A DNA stretch of 64,000 bases, from contig NC_058132.1 in NCBI RefSeq assembly GCF_016433145.1, positions 87,323,181-87,387,180 on the forward strand. Direction: 5' to 3'. A program made the translations under genes and the position numbers. The notes under the pieces were generated by a model. The model saw only the letters and a program-made list of their open reading frames with translations. It did not search any database and had not been told where the DNA came from. Source of the DNA: Gracilinanus agilis (taxonomy: Eukaryota). Positions 12,886 to 25,826 of the stretch are shown in pieces; position 1 is the stretch's first letter, and every line of letters starts with the position of its first letter.

Positions 12886-15458
12886 GAAAAGCAGACAGGT
12901 TTTTCTTGATGATAGATAATCTTCAAGAAATCTCATCTTCATATTTTCAAAGTTGACTGAAAGGTATATAGAATACAAGAATAAATAGGGCTTCATCATT
13001 GTCATCCTTTTAGATGGCAAAGTCCTTTGCATACTCTTGTTTCAAATATGATAATGTAATGATTTAATCAAGTCCTCAAATTCATCAAGTTTCCCCAGGC
13101 TCACCTACAACTACTTGAGAGGTTAACACAGAGATTTTCTCAAGAAAACTCAAACGCATATAGATGCATATTGTCTACTCAACATCCAGTTGAATGAGCA
13201 GTCTTTTTACTTAATTTGTCAGGGCCTGTATCATGAACAGACACTGAAGATGAACAGTGAGACAGAATAATAAGACAGAAATGAATAAGAAGAGTGAAGT
13301 AGGCCACACTTTGGAAACTGTAAAGTACTCTCAGTGATCCTAAACTACTCCCTGCCACAAATCCTAACTTTTTAACTCACTTCAGTTGAATTTAACAGAA
13401 TTATAGATACCTGTGACTATTTAACATGAAGGAGAGAAAGCTTAAGGCACAAGGAATAGGAAAGGTGAAAAATTTACATATATAGATAAGTATGCAATTC
13501 TGTATATACTCAGAAATTTCCATAGAGATAAAACACTAACAAATGTGAAAGAAAGAAAGGTTTAATGTTAAGTGGTGGCACATCAGCTGTGCTTTCAAGT
13601 CAGAGCTTCTGTGATGTGGAAGTGAGGTGGGAATGCATTCTAGACATAGTGGACTATTTCCACAAAGACAAGGTCACAGATCAAATATCATGTATGGTGA
13701 ATATCCAATTGGCCTGTCTGTCACAGAAAGAGCCAGGCTCAGGATTGGCATTATCTTCTACATGTATTAAGGGGCTTAGAGATTTTTGAAGAGGGGAATA
13801 ATATACTCAGATCTACTTTATAGGAAAATGACTTTGGTAGTTATATGGAGGATAGGTTAGATAGGAGAAATATTGGAGAAAAGGAGTCTAATTAGGAAAT
13901 TATTATAATTGTCTAGGGAAGAGGTAACTAGGACCTTAAATAGGGTGGTGGCTATATGAATAGAGAGAAGGGGTCATTTAAGACAGCTGTTGTGAAAGTG
14001 CCATTCTTCTGGTGATGCTGTATAGCTACAAGTCAGGGATTACCAAAATCTTCCAAGAATTAGAATTTTAGGTTATTCAAAGCATATGGGAAAAATGCAT
14101 GCTGGTTATAGGTAGGCTAGGCCATATTATCAACAATGATGTAGAATGTTAAAATAGCATGAAAGACATCATCAAAGAAATATTTAATTAGGAAAGGAGT
14201 AAGGAATAAAATATAGATAGTATTAGAGCTGTAATTCTCATGAAGTTTTAAAAGACTTCAAAAACCTTCCCAAGTGTTGAATAGATACTCTCTGAGGGAT
14301 TTACTTGGAGAGCTTGAACAATAATTGGAATACACTAAAGTACAGTAGTACAGGATCAATCAACTGATAAGCATTTATTAAGGACACATGCAAGACACTC
14401 TATTAGGCAATAGGGATATAAACAACAACAACAAAATGAAATAATCCCAATTCTCACAGAGTTTAGATTCTTTGGGGAGAGGTCTTTTATCTATGGGGGC
14501 AGAAAACAAGTGATGCATACAAAAAGGTCTCTATGAGTTTATAGTAATGTGGCAGGCAAAAAGAAAGTTTTGGTGATCTTCATTCTGAATTAATAAAGTG
14601 TCCCCCCCCAAGTGAAGAATATAATATTTCCATTATACTCATTTAAATTCAACTTATATCAACAAGCTTTTATTAAGCATATATACTCCATGTCAGACAT
14701 TATATTAGGTCCTGAAGTCAGAAAAACAAAAATGAAAGTCACTGCTCTCAAAGAACTTCTGTTCTACTGGAAAAAAATTCATAAAGTTCAATGGAAACTA
14801 ACAAAGTCAATAGAAGACACACAAAATAATGTGATATTATTCATAGAACCACAAATTTAGAACTAGAAGAAGATTCACCAAGTTGTCATCACATCTAATC
14901 AATTCATTTTACAAGTATGGAACATGAAATCTGGATAAGTTGTTTCAAGGATAGAGTAATGAAGAGATCAGGTCTACCCCACCAAAGAAGGTTGTACTCA
15001 AGATCATTCCCTTTCCCTGCTAAAAAGTATCTACCTCGAGCTAGAGAATCTACCTAATTGCACTATTCATTGCCTAGGGGTAAGTACTGAGTAGAGTATG
15101 AGTTTTCTCCATCAGCAAAAAAGATTCTATTACCCTTCTCAGACTGGGGATTTCCTGGATTGATGGGCCATTTTCCCTCCCTACATAGCAGGAGGTTCTT
15201 GGGATTACTTCATGGAAGGCATGTCTCCATCCTCAAATTAGGGCTCTACAAGAGGGCAATATCTCTCCCAACAAACTTGGATTTCCCTTAGTTTGGGATA
15301 ATATCTCCTCCAAAAGACCAGAGTATCTCTGAAAACAGGGTCCATGTTTCCTCCTTCCTCCCTATTTCACTTCAGACATAGTCCTAAAATATCAGACTTG
15401 TCTATCTTTACACAAAGGTTATCTGCAGTTCAACTAATAGTTATTATTCCATTCTAGC

Positions 15459-16430
15459 ATGCTGATCTCCAACCATTCTGGTGCTACGATCTTCACATTG
15501 TTGGGTGTCCCTGGTCTAGAGGCCCAGCATTTATGGCTCTCCATTCCCTTCTCGTCCATGTTTGTTGCCATCCTCATTGGCAATGGTGGCATTCTTTTTC
15601 TAGTAGCAACAGAGCCCTCCCTTCAGACACCTATGTACGCCCTCTTGGCCATGCTGATGGTGTCTGACTTGGTATCTACATTGGGTATAATTCCCAGGCA
15701 ACTCTGCATCTTCTGGTTTGATGCCCATGACATTGGTACCAAAGGATGTCTTGTTCAGATGTTCTTCATCCATTGTGCATCTGTGGTGCGTTCAGCCCTC
15801 CTTGTGGCGATGGCCTTTGACCGCTATGTGGCAGTGTGTGAGCCGCTCCGTTACAACACAATTCTGAGCCATACCCTGGTAGGGCAGCTGGGGTTGTTAG
15901 CCCTTGCCAAAGGAGTTGTGCTCATCCTGCCCATGCCCTTACTGCTCCAGAGACTGACCTTTTGCAGGACAGCCATTCCTCATACCTACTGTGACCACAT
16001 GGCTGTTGTGAAGATGGCTTGTGGTTACACCAAGCCCAATCGTGTCTATGGATTGTTTGTCATTCTCCTGGTGGTTGGGTTTGATCTCCTGCTTATTGGG
16101 GTCTCCTACGTACTGATCCTCCATGCTGTGCTGCGCCTCTCATCCCGAGATGCCATTCTAAAAGCACTTAATACCTGTTCAGCTCACTTTTTTGTAATCC
16201 TCATCACCTACGTGCCTGCCCTTTTCTCCTCCATAACCCACCGCATGGGACACATCATCCCTCCTCATGCACACATTCTGCTTGCTAATCTCTACTTACT
16301 CATGCCCTCATTATTCAACCCTGTTATCTATGGAATTAAGATGAAAGAGATCCGGAATAAAATAGTAAAATGTCTGTGCAAGAGGGATACTCTGGCTATC
16401 AGCCCAAGACACAAAGATGTAAGTGGATAA
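15459..16430 (+). CDS. Class I olfactory receptor, OR52 family (OR52P-like), 323 aa, intact ORF
   Basis: Motifs GN (TM1), PMY, MAFDRYVAVCEPLRY, HTYCDHMAVVK, KALNTC..H and NPVIYG; N-glycosylation site NHS. Acceptor ttccattctag ends at 15457 and a CTAAT branch-like site lies at 15434-15438. Confidence 0.95.
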   Translation: MLISNHSGATIFTLLGVPGLEAQHLWLSIPFSSMFVAILIGNGGILFLVATEPSLQTPMYALLAMLMVSDLVSTLGIIPRQLCIFWFDAHDIGTKGCLVQMFFIHCASVVRSALLVAMAFDRYVAVCEPLRYNTILSHTLVGQLGLLALAKGVVLILPMPLLLQRLTFCRTAIPHTYCDHMAVVKMACGYTKPNRVYGLFVILLVVGFDLLLIGVSYVLILHAVLRLSSRDAILKALNTCSAHFFVILITYVPALFSSITHRMGHIIPPHAHILLANLYLLMPSLFNPVIYGIKMKEIRNKIVKCLCKRDTLAISPRHKDVSG

Positions 16431-16504
16431 CTAAGATGAATCTTTGACAGTTAATCTGATGCCTTTGCCACAACATATTTGGCCTCAATGTAGAACTCTC
16501 TTTA

Positions 16505-16612
16505 AAAATAATTAATTAAGAATATTTTTCCATGGTTACATGATTCATGTTCTTTCCTTCCCTCTTTCCTCCTCCTTCTGGAGCTGACAAGCAATTCCAT
16601 TGGGTTATATTC
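16505..16612 (-). mobile_element. Short L1 3' tail fragment
   Basis: atatttttccatggttacatgatt is the reverse complement of the L1 tail seen at about 38760-38790. Confidence 0.75.
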
Positions 16613-16899
16613 AATACAGCACTCTTAATGAACCATAGACACAAACACACACATTAAAACACATCTCTTCCACATATGGGAAATATACAGGTTCCTAATA
16701 TATAAATATTTTAATTGCTTCACTATCTGGACTGCTTTAATCTGTCTTCTGCTATCTCTATAACACAGAGTGGGCTCTAGTACCAGTCTCTCCTCTAGGT
16801 TGAAAGTAGCAGTGATATCCTGATGACAAAAGAGATAGGGCCAAACAAAGCCTATTTAACAAATGCAAAATGATTGGAAGGGACTGGACCAAAAACAAG

Positions 16900-18890
16900 A
16901 TCCCAAAGCAATAACTGAGGCTGAAAATATGAGTTAGTAGACTAAAACCTAGAATACAATGAAAAAATTATCTGTTGAGAGATGCTCAAGAGGTCAATAT
17001 AGAAGAGAATAAATCCACTATAACTATAAGCAGACTCTTAGAGGAAAATAAATGGTTTGGCCTCAAGACTTATGAAAAAAATGTTGGAAACAATTAGGGA
17101 AGAGATAAAAATAAAATGATAAATGAAATGAGATTTTGGGTGAACAATTCCAGAAGATTGGTTTAGAGCAAGAGATTGAAAACTTACACAAGTAGTAGAC
17201 TTTCTGAAATGAAGAAAAGAGGAAACAGAAGTTAATATTTCTATGAAATAATAAGAAATATTAGAACAAAAGTAAGACAATGAAAAATTTGAAAAAATAG
17301 GTATCTGTCAAAAACGTGAAATTTCTGGTATACAGGTTGAAGAAATAATTTAAAAATAATCAGACTCCCTGAAACCTGTAAATAGAAAACCTGAACACTA
17401 TATTTTAGGCAACCATAAAAGGACTGCCTCTATATTAGAAGATGTAGGCAAAATAACAATAAAAGAATCTTTTGGTCATTTCCTGAAGAAAACCAGAAAA
17501 CAAAAACATCCAGGAATATGACAAATGTAATATAGAACTTTCAAGTAAATTTTTTTTAATGCTGTATGTATTATATAGTTAGAAACACACAATAATTGGC
17601 AGTAACTACTTTAAAAGGACAAAAATCATGTATTATATTCCAAAAAGCAAAGATAAAGCCTTACGATAAAGAAAAGCTAACTCTGCAAAATGGAGTACAA
17701 TCCTACCTGTGAAGGGAAAATGTTTTTTTTTTTTTAATGGAATAGATAACTATCAAGAAATCTTAATGAAAAGATTGGAGCCAAATAAAAACTTTTAAAT
17801 ACAAATGCAGGAGTCAAGAATCACTTAGAAAAGTTATATTTCAGCATTCAAAAGGCACTAAATTATGCATCTTACATTAGTATAGGGAGAAAAGAGACTG
17901 GCATCCTTTGAGGATCTTAATGTGTTCAATGGATACAGAGAAAAGGAAATAAGAGAATTATATAGCACCTGGGTATGATTTTATTCTGTTTTGATGGTTT
18001 TAAGGGAGAGAAAAAAGGATTATACTAGTAAATAAATAAGGAAAAAGAGGAAGGAACTTACTATTTTCTTTAAATGGAGTGTGTAAAAAGTCAAATAAGC
18101 AAGCATGAAGAAAGGGGTAGAAGGGTAAGGCATGTTATAACTTCACTCTCATCTGAATCAAACAAATGAAATTGAATACACACATACACATAGAGAGAAC
18201 TGAACATCAATATGGATACAGTTAGGAACAGGGAAAGAGAAGGTGGGTATTTGAAGAGCAATTGTCACAAGTAAAACAAATTTTAGAAGGTTTAATAAAA
18301 GAGTTGCTAAAAAGAGAAAGAAAGAAGGATAAGAATTGCTATTGATGAAGAGAAGAGGGGCAGTAGAATAGGAACATATAACTTCAATTGTAAATTATTA
18401 GTGCTGATTAGATTCCTTTGATTTCTTTCACCTCATCCTTCTTTTTACTCTTTTTTTTTAAAACCCTTGTACTCCGGTGTATTGTCTCATAGGTGGAAAA
18501 TTGGTAAGGGTGGGCAATGGGGGTCAAGTGACTTGCCCAGGGTCACACAGCTGGGAAGTGGCTGAGGCCGGGTTTGAACCTAGGACCTCCTGTCTTTAGG
18601 CCTGACTCTCACTCCATTGAGCTACCCAGCTGCCCCCTTCATCCTTCTTTTTAAATGAAAGATTGGGAGGAAAAGATTAAAAAGCATAAGAACTTCATAA
18701 AATCATACATTTGGAGCTGGGTGGGACTTTAGAGGCCAAGTGAAATGTAAACTTAAGAATCACAACAGTGAACATGAATGGGGTGAACTTATCCACAAAA
18801 CACAGAAATGTAGCAGAATGGATTAGGAAATAGATTAAAAATATATAATAAACACACTTGAAAGTGAGATTCATACAGTTAAAATGAGGG
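16900..18890 (+). mobile_element. Decayed L1 ORF1 and start of ORF2
   Basis: A-rich ORF1-like tract similar to 500-2460. About 18770-18870 resembles the L1 endonuclease N-terminus (gtagcagaatggattag). Confidence 0.55.
18448..18637 (-). mobile_element. Young SINE1-type element (variant-tail subfamily) with TSD
   Basis: Full-length SINE1 on minus. 15-bp TSD TCATCCTTCTTTTTA at 18433-18447 and 18639-18653. Confidence 0.92.
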
Positions 18891-18894
18891 CACA

Positions 18895-20235
18895 GAGCTG
18901 CCATAAATGTTTTTGTACAAATAGGTCCTTTCCTCATTTTTATTATCTTTGGGATACAGACTCAGTAGTGGTATTACTGGATCAAAGGGTATGCACAGTT
19001 TTATTACCCTTTGGGTATAGTTCCAAATTGTCCTCCAGATGGTTGGATCAATTCACAACTCCACCATCATTGCATGAGTGTCCCAATTTTGCCATATGCT
19101 TTCCAGAATTTACTATTTTCCTTTACTGCCTAGCCAATCTGATTGGTATGAGGTGGTACCTCAGTGTTGTTTTAATTTGCACTTGTTTAATCAAGAGAGA
19201 TTTATAAGATTTTTTCACATGATTATTGATGGCTTTGATTTTTTTTATCTGAAATTGCTTGTTAATATCCTTTGACCATTTTGCTATTGGGGAATGGCTT
19301 GTATTCTCACAAATTTTATTTAGTCTTTATAAATTTGAGAAATGAGACCTTTACCAGAGACATTTGTTATAAAATTTCCCCCCAATTTGTTGTTTCCCTC
19401 CTAATCTTGGTTAGATGAGTTTTATTTGTACAAAAGCTTTTTAACTTAATATAATCAAAAATATTCATTTTACATCTTATAATCGTCTGTCTATCTTGTT
19501 TGGTCATAAGTTCTTTCCATCTTCAAAGATCTTCTAGGCAAACTATTCTGTATTCCCCTAATTTAGTTACGGTATTACTCTTTATATCTAAAGCATATAT
19601 GCATTTTGATCTTATCTTGGTATAGGACGTGAGATATTGGTCTATACCTAGTTTCTGCCTTACTTTTTTCTCCTCGATTTTTCCTAACAATTTTTATTAA
19701 AGAGTGAGTTCTTATTCCAAAAGCTGGGATCTTTGGATTTATCAAATGCAATGTTACCAAAGTTATTTACCCCTGTATGTTGTGTGTCTAATCTATTCCA
19801 TTGACCTACCATTCTGTTCCTTAGGGAGGATCAGATTGTTTTGATGATTGCTGCTTTATAGTACAGTTTGAGATCTGGTACTGGTAGGCCTCTTTCCTTC
19901 ACATTTTTTCATTAGTTCTTTTGATATTCTTGACCTTTTGTTATTCCAGATGAATTTTGTCATTATTTTTTTCTAGTTTCATAAAATAATTATTTGGTAG
20001 TTTGATTTGTATGGCACTGAATAAATAATTTAATTTAGTTAGAATTGTAATTTTTATTATATTAGATTGGTCTACCCATGAGCAATTAATATTTTTTCCA
20101 ATTGTTTGGATTTGACTTTATTGGGTGAAGAGTGTTCTCTAATTGTATTAATATAATTCCTTCATTTGCTTTGGCAAGTAGATTCCCAAGTATTTTATAT
20201 TATTTAGAGTGACTTTGAATGGAATTTCTGTTTCT
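18895..20235 (-). mobile_element. L1 ORF2 3' half (antisense)
   Basis: ggatcaaagggtatgcacagtttt...ggttggatcaattcacaactccacc...gagatctggtactg...ttattccagatgaatttt match the marsupial L1 ORF2 C-terminal/RT region on minus. Confidence 0.85.
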
Positions 20236-21619
20236 TGTAAGAGAGCTATGGACAAGTAGTTCTAGGAGTTAGAAAGGAAAGAAACTTGGACATAGAAGCA
20301 AAAATTTATTTTTATTTTTGTTTATTTTGGTATTCATCTTATTGTTCTGCATGGAGAAGCATCAGTTCTCAGACTTAAAATGGTCTTAAGAGATAATAGA
20401 GCACCTTAACCCTATCTAATCCATGAATTCTCTCTGTAACAAGCAGAAGAAGATTAATAATCACTCTCCTGGACAGCCTTTCAAATACTTGAAGTAACCA
20501 ACATTTAGCCTATAAGTGTTTAATTATCTAAGTCCAATTGAAATTCTCATATAGCCCAGTGTGCAGGCTTTTCTCCTTTCCTTATCCCTTTCTTCTACAT
20601 GATTTGCTTTACAAATATTCCTTCCAAAGTTTGGTGCCCAGAACTGAACACAAAAGTCTAGCTGTAGTTTGTCCAGAAAAGAGTATGGTGAGATGATCTA
20701 TACCTCTTGATAAAACCTTTAAGTTATACTAACTTTTTTTTGCCTGCCTCATCATACTATGGAGTCCCAATGAACTTGTAATTCATCAAGCCAGTCTCCT
20801 GGCTCAAGGGAATCTACCTCTATGGAAGGTAGATTGGGATAATACATCCACGGGATTCAACTCCTTTCTCAGCAGAATCACTCCCAACCCCCATAAAACC
20901 AAGGTCTAGTCCTGTTCATTCATTCAGTCAATCAATCAAACATTTTAAGCAACTAGATGCTGTGTGCTTTATGTTAAACACCCAGGGCACAAAAAGAGCA
21001 AAAAGACGTCCCTAGCCCTCAAGGTGCTTATCATCTAATAAGGGAGATAGATTCTTCACAGTCTACACTTGAGTAGTAGAAAGGTCTTGACCAATGGATA
21101 CCACCTCCCTGAACCTCCTCTCCCCTCTGATTGGAGGGCTGGAGAGTAGAATACTAAATCCCTTGCAATGGCTTCCTTTATAGGATAGACACTGGACTTT
21201 TACTTACTCTGCTCCACATCTAATGTTCTGCCTAGTTTCAGGGAAGTAATGTATGATGAGGCTAGGATGGAAAGTTGTTCATAGAATCAAACAGTTAGAA
21301 CCAGAAAGGGCTTTTAAAGCCCCTAGGTCCAATCTTCTCATTCAATAGAGGAGGAAACTGAGTCACAGAGAGGTAAGGTAACTTGTCAAAGGTCACAGAG
21401 AAAGAAAGTTGCAAAAATAATAGTTAATTCCAAATTCTCTATTGCAAAATTCAGCACTCTCACTGCCCAGTTAGAGTATTGAATATAAGATAAAAGAAAT
21501 TAAATTAGATAATGGGGACCTGTTGAAAAATTTTGGACAAAGAAAAGCTATAACCAAATTTATACATAAGAAAATATGTCTAGCAGCAGCACAAAAAGAT
21601 GTGTTTATAATAATAACTA

Positions 21620-21845
21620 GCAATTACAAAGTCCTTTAAAGTTTGCAAAGTGCCATACATAATCTTATTTAAATCTCACAACAGTCCTGGGCACTAGGTG
21701 CTCCATTTTGTAGATGAAGAAACTAAGTCAGAGAAAGGTTAAGTGAATTGCCAGGGACCCATAGCAAGTAAGAGTTCAAGATAAGATTCCAACTTAGGTC
21801 TTAATGACTCCCCAAACAGCATTCTATCTACTGTACCACATAGCT
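21620..21845 (-). mobile_element. MIR/CORE-SINE
   Basis: tttgcaaagtgc...ctcacaacagtcct...ccattttgtagatgaagaaactaag...ggttaagtga. Confidence 0.7.
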
Positions 21846-23979
21846 GTTTGCTTTAGGGCAGGACAATCTGTTAGGAAGCATTTCTGAAAGTTCGAGTAGT
21901 GCCAGTGGAAATAGATATGAGAAAACACATTCAAGAAATTTTCTTTGGTTGTCCTTCATTTCTGGCATTCTCTTTCTTCTCAGCACTCTACTTCCTATCT
22001 TCCTTCAAATCTCAGCTAAAATACTACCTTTGTTAAGAAGGTTTTCCAAGACCTCTAGTGTTGTCTTTCTTCTGAGAATATCTCCAATTTATTCTGAATA
22101 TATCTTGTTTGCATTCTTTCTTGCCTATTAGTTGTAAATTCCTTGAGAGCAGAGATTTTTTTTGTCATTCTTTGTAGTCCCAGACCTTAGCACAGTGCCT
22201 AAATGTATTAGAGGAATAATAATTATTGATGACATATGAGGAATATAACAGAGGTATTTGTATCTGGATTTTTTGTAACTATTGGATATGAGAAGTGAAG
22301 GAAAGTGGGGGGAGTAAAAAATAATATTTCAAACTTGGGTTATTAAGTGGAATCATGGTGCTACAAACTGAAATAAGGAATTTAGAAAATAGAGCCTGTT
22401 TAAGAAGAAATGTAACAATCTCAGGCTTGGTCATTTGTTAAACTAATAATGGGTTTGTAATCCCTGTATTCATCTATCATATTTATTTTTAGAGTCAATG
22501 ACCTACTCTATCTGCAAAGTTTCTGCAAATGTTTGAGTTTTTAAGGAAAGATAGAAGTGTAAGCCTAGGAGAAGGCTGGAAGATGTGAGTTAGAATCTGT
22601 ATAGAGAAGATTCAGGGCAATTAAAGGATGGTAGCTTTATTAGAGAGATTAGAAGAATTAGAGAAGGAAAAAGTGAGAGCGCACTGAATAGCAGGGTTGA
22701 CATTGGTTTCCTGTGTGACTTACAAACATTTTAGTTCTTTATCCTTAGGCTCTCCTATCTTGTCATGTTCGGTAGGACTTTCTACCACTTTGTCCAAGGG
22801 TTTTTAAGTCCAGATGCAACCCAGAGAGAAAACTGCCTCTTTGTAAGATGACACAATTTAAGTGTGGAGACTGTACTACTGTAGGTATCATCACTTCCAT
22901 TTTATAGTTGGGGAAAGAAACACCAAGCAACTTATCTGAATTAACACAATTAATTGGTTTGGAACTGGGACTTGAATTCAATTATCTTTTTAAAAAGTTT
23001 TATTGATACTCTTTATTTTTTATATCACAGTAATTTCTTTTTGGGTATATACCCAAACCACTGAAACATTCTTTCTGTCAGAGAAAAATAGCTAAGAAAA
23101 ATTGACTGAAAAAACAACTATGTCTATCAGTATATGTAACATTCCACATTCAGAATATCCCATAATTCTCTGAAAAAGAAAGAACTGTGTCTCATCATCT
23201 CTACTCCAGAACAAAGCTTGGTTATTATCATTAATCTGAGTTCATCTATATCTGTGTTGCTTTGTTCCTGTTATTGATGTCTTTGTTCTTCACTTTCCAT
23301 TACTTCATCGTCTTGTGGTGTTTCTCTGAATTGCTCACATTCACATAGCACAATTTGTTCCACAATTTCCCAAATAATGGGCACCTACTTGTTTTTCATG
23401 TTTTTGACACCATAAGAAAAATTGTTATGATGGATATTTTGATGTACAAAATATGGGACTTCCCCCCACACACACTTTTACTCCACCCCCACCTTTTTTG
23501 AGTATATATCCAGGATTAGGATCACCAGAGAAAAATGTTATATTTTAATGATTTAAAAAATTCAAATTGTCTTCTAGAATAATTGCAACAATTCAGAGAT
23601 CTACTAACAGTGTTTTCATTTCTTCTTACTTTAAAAAATATTCTTTGTTATAAAAGAGGAAATTCTGGGATGGGAGAGTGAAGGCATATAGTAGAATCAA
23701 GAAAATTTTATTTAAAAAAAAGGGTGTGATCTCATCTTTGTCAGTACTTCCTCCTCAAGTTAGAATCATACCTTTCTATGACTTTCCATACTGGGTGGTT
23801 CTCTTTCAAATGATTATACAAATCCTCTAGAAGAGATCCACTGGATGCTGGAGTCCATTAAGAAAATACCTTAGAGATATTGTTAAAGGGCTTAGGTCAT
23901 TCACCTATTTTCTTTTATTCTTGATACATGACTGGTACATCTTGCTTTTTCCTCATTAATGTCCTTGATATCTTTTTAA

Positions 23980-24100
23980 ATTATATTTTTATTTTTATTT
24001 TGAATATTTTCCCATAGTTACACATTTCATGTTCTTTCCCTCTCTCCAAGCCCCCCCCCCCCCCAATCCTCCTTAGCCAAGGCATAATTCCACTGCTTTT
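23980..24100 (-). mobile_element. Short L1 3' tail fragment
   Basis: attttgaatattttcccatagttacac...aattccactg, the same tail family as 16505-16612. Confidence 0.7.
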
Positions 24101-24345
24101 AATGTCCTGGATATCTTAACACCTTAATATTTTCCAAATCTAAAACAGAATGGTCTTAAAGGAGCAGGCTGATCTCTGAGTCTATGTCTATAGTAACAGG
24201 GAACAGGCCATACGACTTTGTGACTAGCATGTCAAGAGTTGGCATAGAGATAATATTTTATATCTCATTTTTAGGCAGGAGCCAAATCTCAACTTGCCTG
24301 GTCTTCTTTCCCTGTTCTCTATTCATCCCTGCTCCCTCCCAATCA

Positions 24346-25323
24346 TCAGATAGTTTTCTGACTGGGGGCTTTGGTAATGGGCTCCTTTTTCCAGCAACCA
24401 TATTTGGTCACTTTGTCCCTAAACTCCTTAGTCTTTACTCCATAGATGATGGGGTTGAGCATAGGGGGCACGAGGAAGTAAAGATTGCCAAGAATGGTGT
24501 GAACATGGGGCGGAATGCCCCGACCAAACCGATGGGCCAGGAAAGAGAAAAGCGGAGGTGTGTAAGATGTCAGCATCACACAGATGTGTGTGGTGCATGT
24601 GTTGACCGCCTTGTGGTGAGCCTCCTTGGAGGAGAGTCGCATCACAGCCCGGATGATGAACACGTAGGATGAGCCAATGGCAGAGAAATCCAGGCCAACG
24701 ACCACCAGGGCTACCACGAGGCCATAGAAACGGTTGACGGTGGTGTCCGCACACACCATTTTCACCACAGCCATGTGTTCGCAATAGGTGGTAGGGATCA
24801 CCCGGCCCGAACAAAATGGCATTCGCTGAAGAAGGACGGGCATAGGAAGGATAAACGCGACGGCTCTCGCTAAGCTGGCCAGCGCAATGAGACCTATGCG
24901 GCCATTGGAGAGAATGGTGGCGTAGCGCAGCGGCTCACAGATTGCCACATAACGGTCGAAAGCCATGGTCATCAAAACGGCTGACTGCATGACAGAGATG
25001 GAGTGGATGAAGAACAGCTGGATCAAACAGCCCTCGAAGCTGATCTCCCTTTGGCCGAACCAGAAAATGCACAGTGCTTTGGGAATGGTGGTGGTGGACA
25101 TGCCCAGATCAGTGAGAGCCAGCATGCAGAGGAGCAGGAACATGGGCTTGTGCAGCGTGCGCTCTGTGGTGATGATGAACAGGATGGTGACATTACCCAG
25201 AACAGTGATGAAATACATGGAAGAGAAGGGGATTGATATCCAAAAATGGGTATCCTCCAATCCAGGGATGCCTTTTAGGATGAAGTAAGAAGGCTTCCCA
25301 TGGGTAAAGTTGAAGGTAGTCAT
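24346..25323 (-). CDS. Class I olfactory receptor, OR52 family, 325 aa, intact ORF
   Basis: Motifs LHKPM, MAFDRYVAICEPLRY, TYCEHMAVVK, KAVNTCTTH, HRFG and PPMLNPIIYGVKTKE; NFT glycosylation site. Candidate acceptors on minus at 25345-25346 and 25383-25384. Confidence 0.96.
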   Translation of the reverse strand: MTTFNFTHGKPSYFILKGIPGLEDTHFWISIPFSSMYFITVLGNVTILFIITTERTLHKPMFLLLCMLALTDLGMSTTTIPKALCIFWFGQREISFEGCLIQLFFIHSISVMQSAVLMTMAFDRYVAICEPLRYATILSNGRIGLIALASLARAVAFILPMPVLLQRMPFCSGRVIPTTYCEHMAVVKMVCADTTVNRFYGLVVALVVVGLDFSAIGSSYVFIIRAVMRLSSKEAHHKAVNTCTTHICVMLTSYTPPLFSFLAHRFGRGIPPHVHTILGNLYFLVPPMLNPIIYGVKTKEFRDKVTKYGCWKKEPITKAPSQKTI

Positions 25324-25568
25324 GATGGGACACCAGTCAGGTCACTGAAGTGGATGATAAAGAAAAAATATGTTTTTCCCCCCTACAAAAAAAGTCAGAA
25401 ACATTACAGTGGTGAAAAAAAAAAAAAGATCACAGGATGAAAGATTTAGACCGTAGAAGGGAATAACCTCCTCAGCTTACATGGAAAAAAAAATAGGTCC
25501 AGACTTACACAATATCACAGACAATGGAAGAGCCAGGAGTCCTTAAACTATAGTTTTATTATTATCTT

Positions 25569-25812
25569 TTAGTTATTTTTCAGTCATGTCTGATTCTTCA
25601 TGACATCGTTTTGGGTTTTCTTGGCAGAGATATCGCAGTGGTTTGCCATTTCCTTCTCTGTCCCATTGTACAGATGAGGAAACTGAGGCAAACAGGATTA
25701 AGTGATTTGCTCAGCTTCACATAGTAAGTGTCTGAGGTCAAATTTGAACTCAGAAAGATGAGTACTCCTGCCTCCAGACCCAACACTCATCTCCTGTGCC
25801 ACCTAGCTGCCT
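25569..25812 (-). mobile_element. MAR1-like SINE
   Basis: tcagtcatgtctgattc...ggttttcttggcagag...cagtggtttgccatttccttctc...cagatgaggaaactgaggc...ccacctagctgcc. Confidence 0.85.
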
Positions 25813-25826
25813 GATCTATACAACAA

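Noticed and set aside
18884-19275. ORFs of 107 and 65 aa
   Set aside because: They are antisense to an L1 ORF2 fragment.
16900-20235. Opposed L1 segments suggesting a twin-priming inversion
   Set aside because: The + part is ORF1/early ORF2 and appears more decayed than the - part, and no shared TSD was found. Two independent insertions is the simpler explanation.
16505-24100. Similar L1 tail fragments just downstream of both convergent ORs
   Set aside because: This tail family is very abundant. Both fragments are on minus, so they are not the product of an inverted duplication of the ORs.
24184-25288. Overlapping ORFs 24184-24672 (+), 24428-24814 (-), 24965-25288 (+) and 25003-25236 (+)
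   Set aside because: These are antisense or alternate-frame shadows of the GC-rich OR CDS, with no domain signal.
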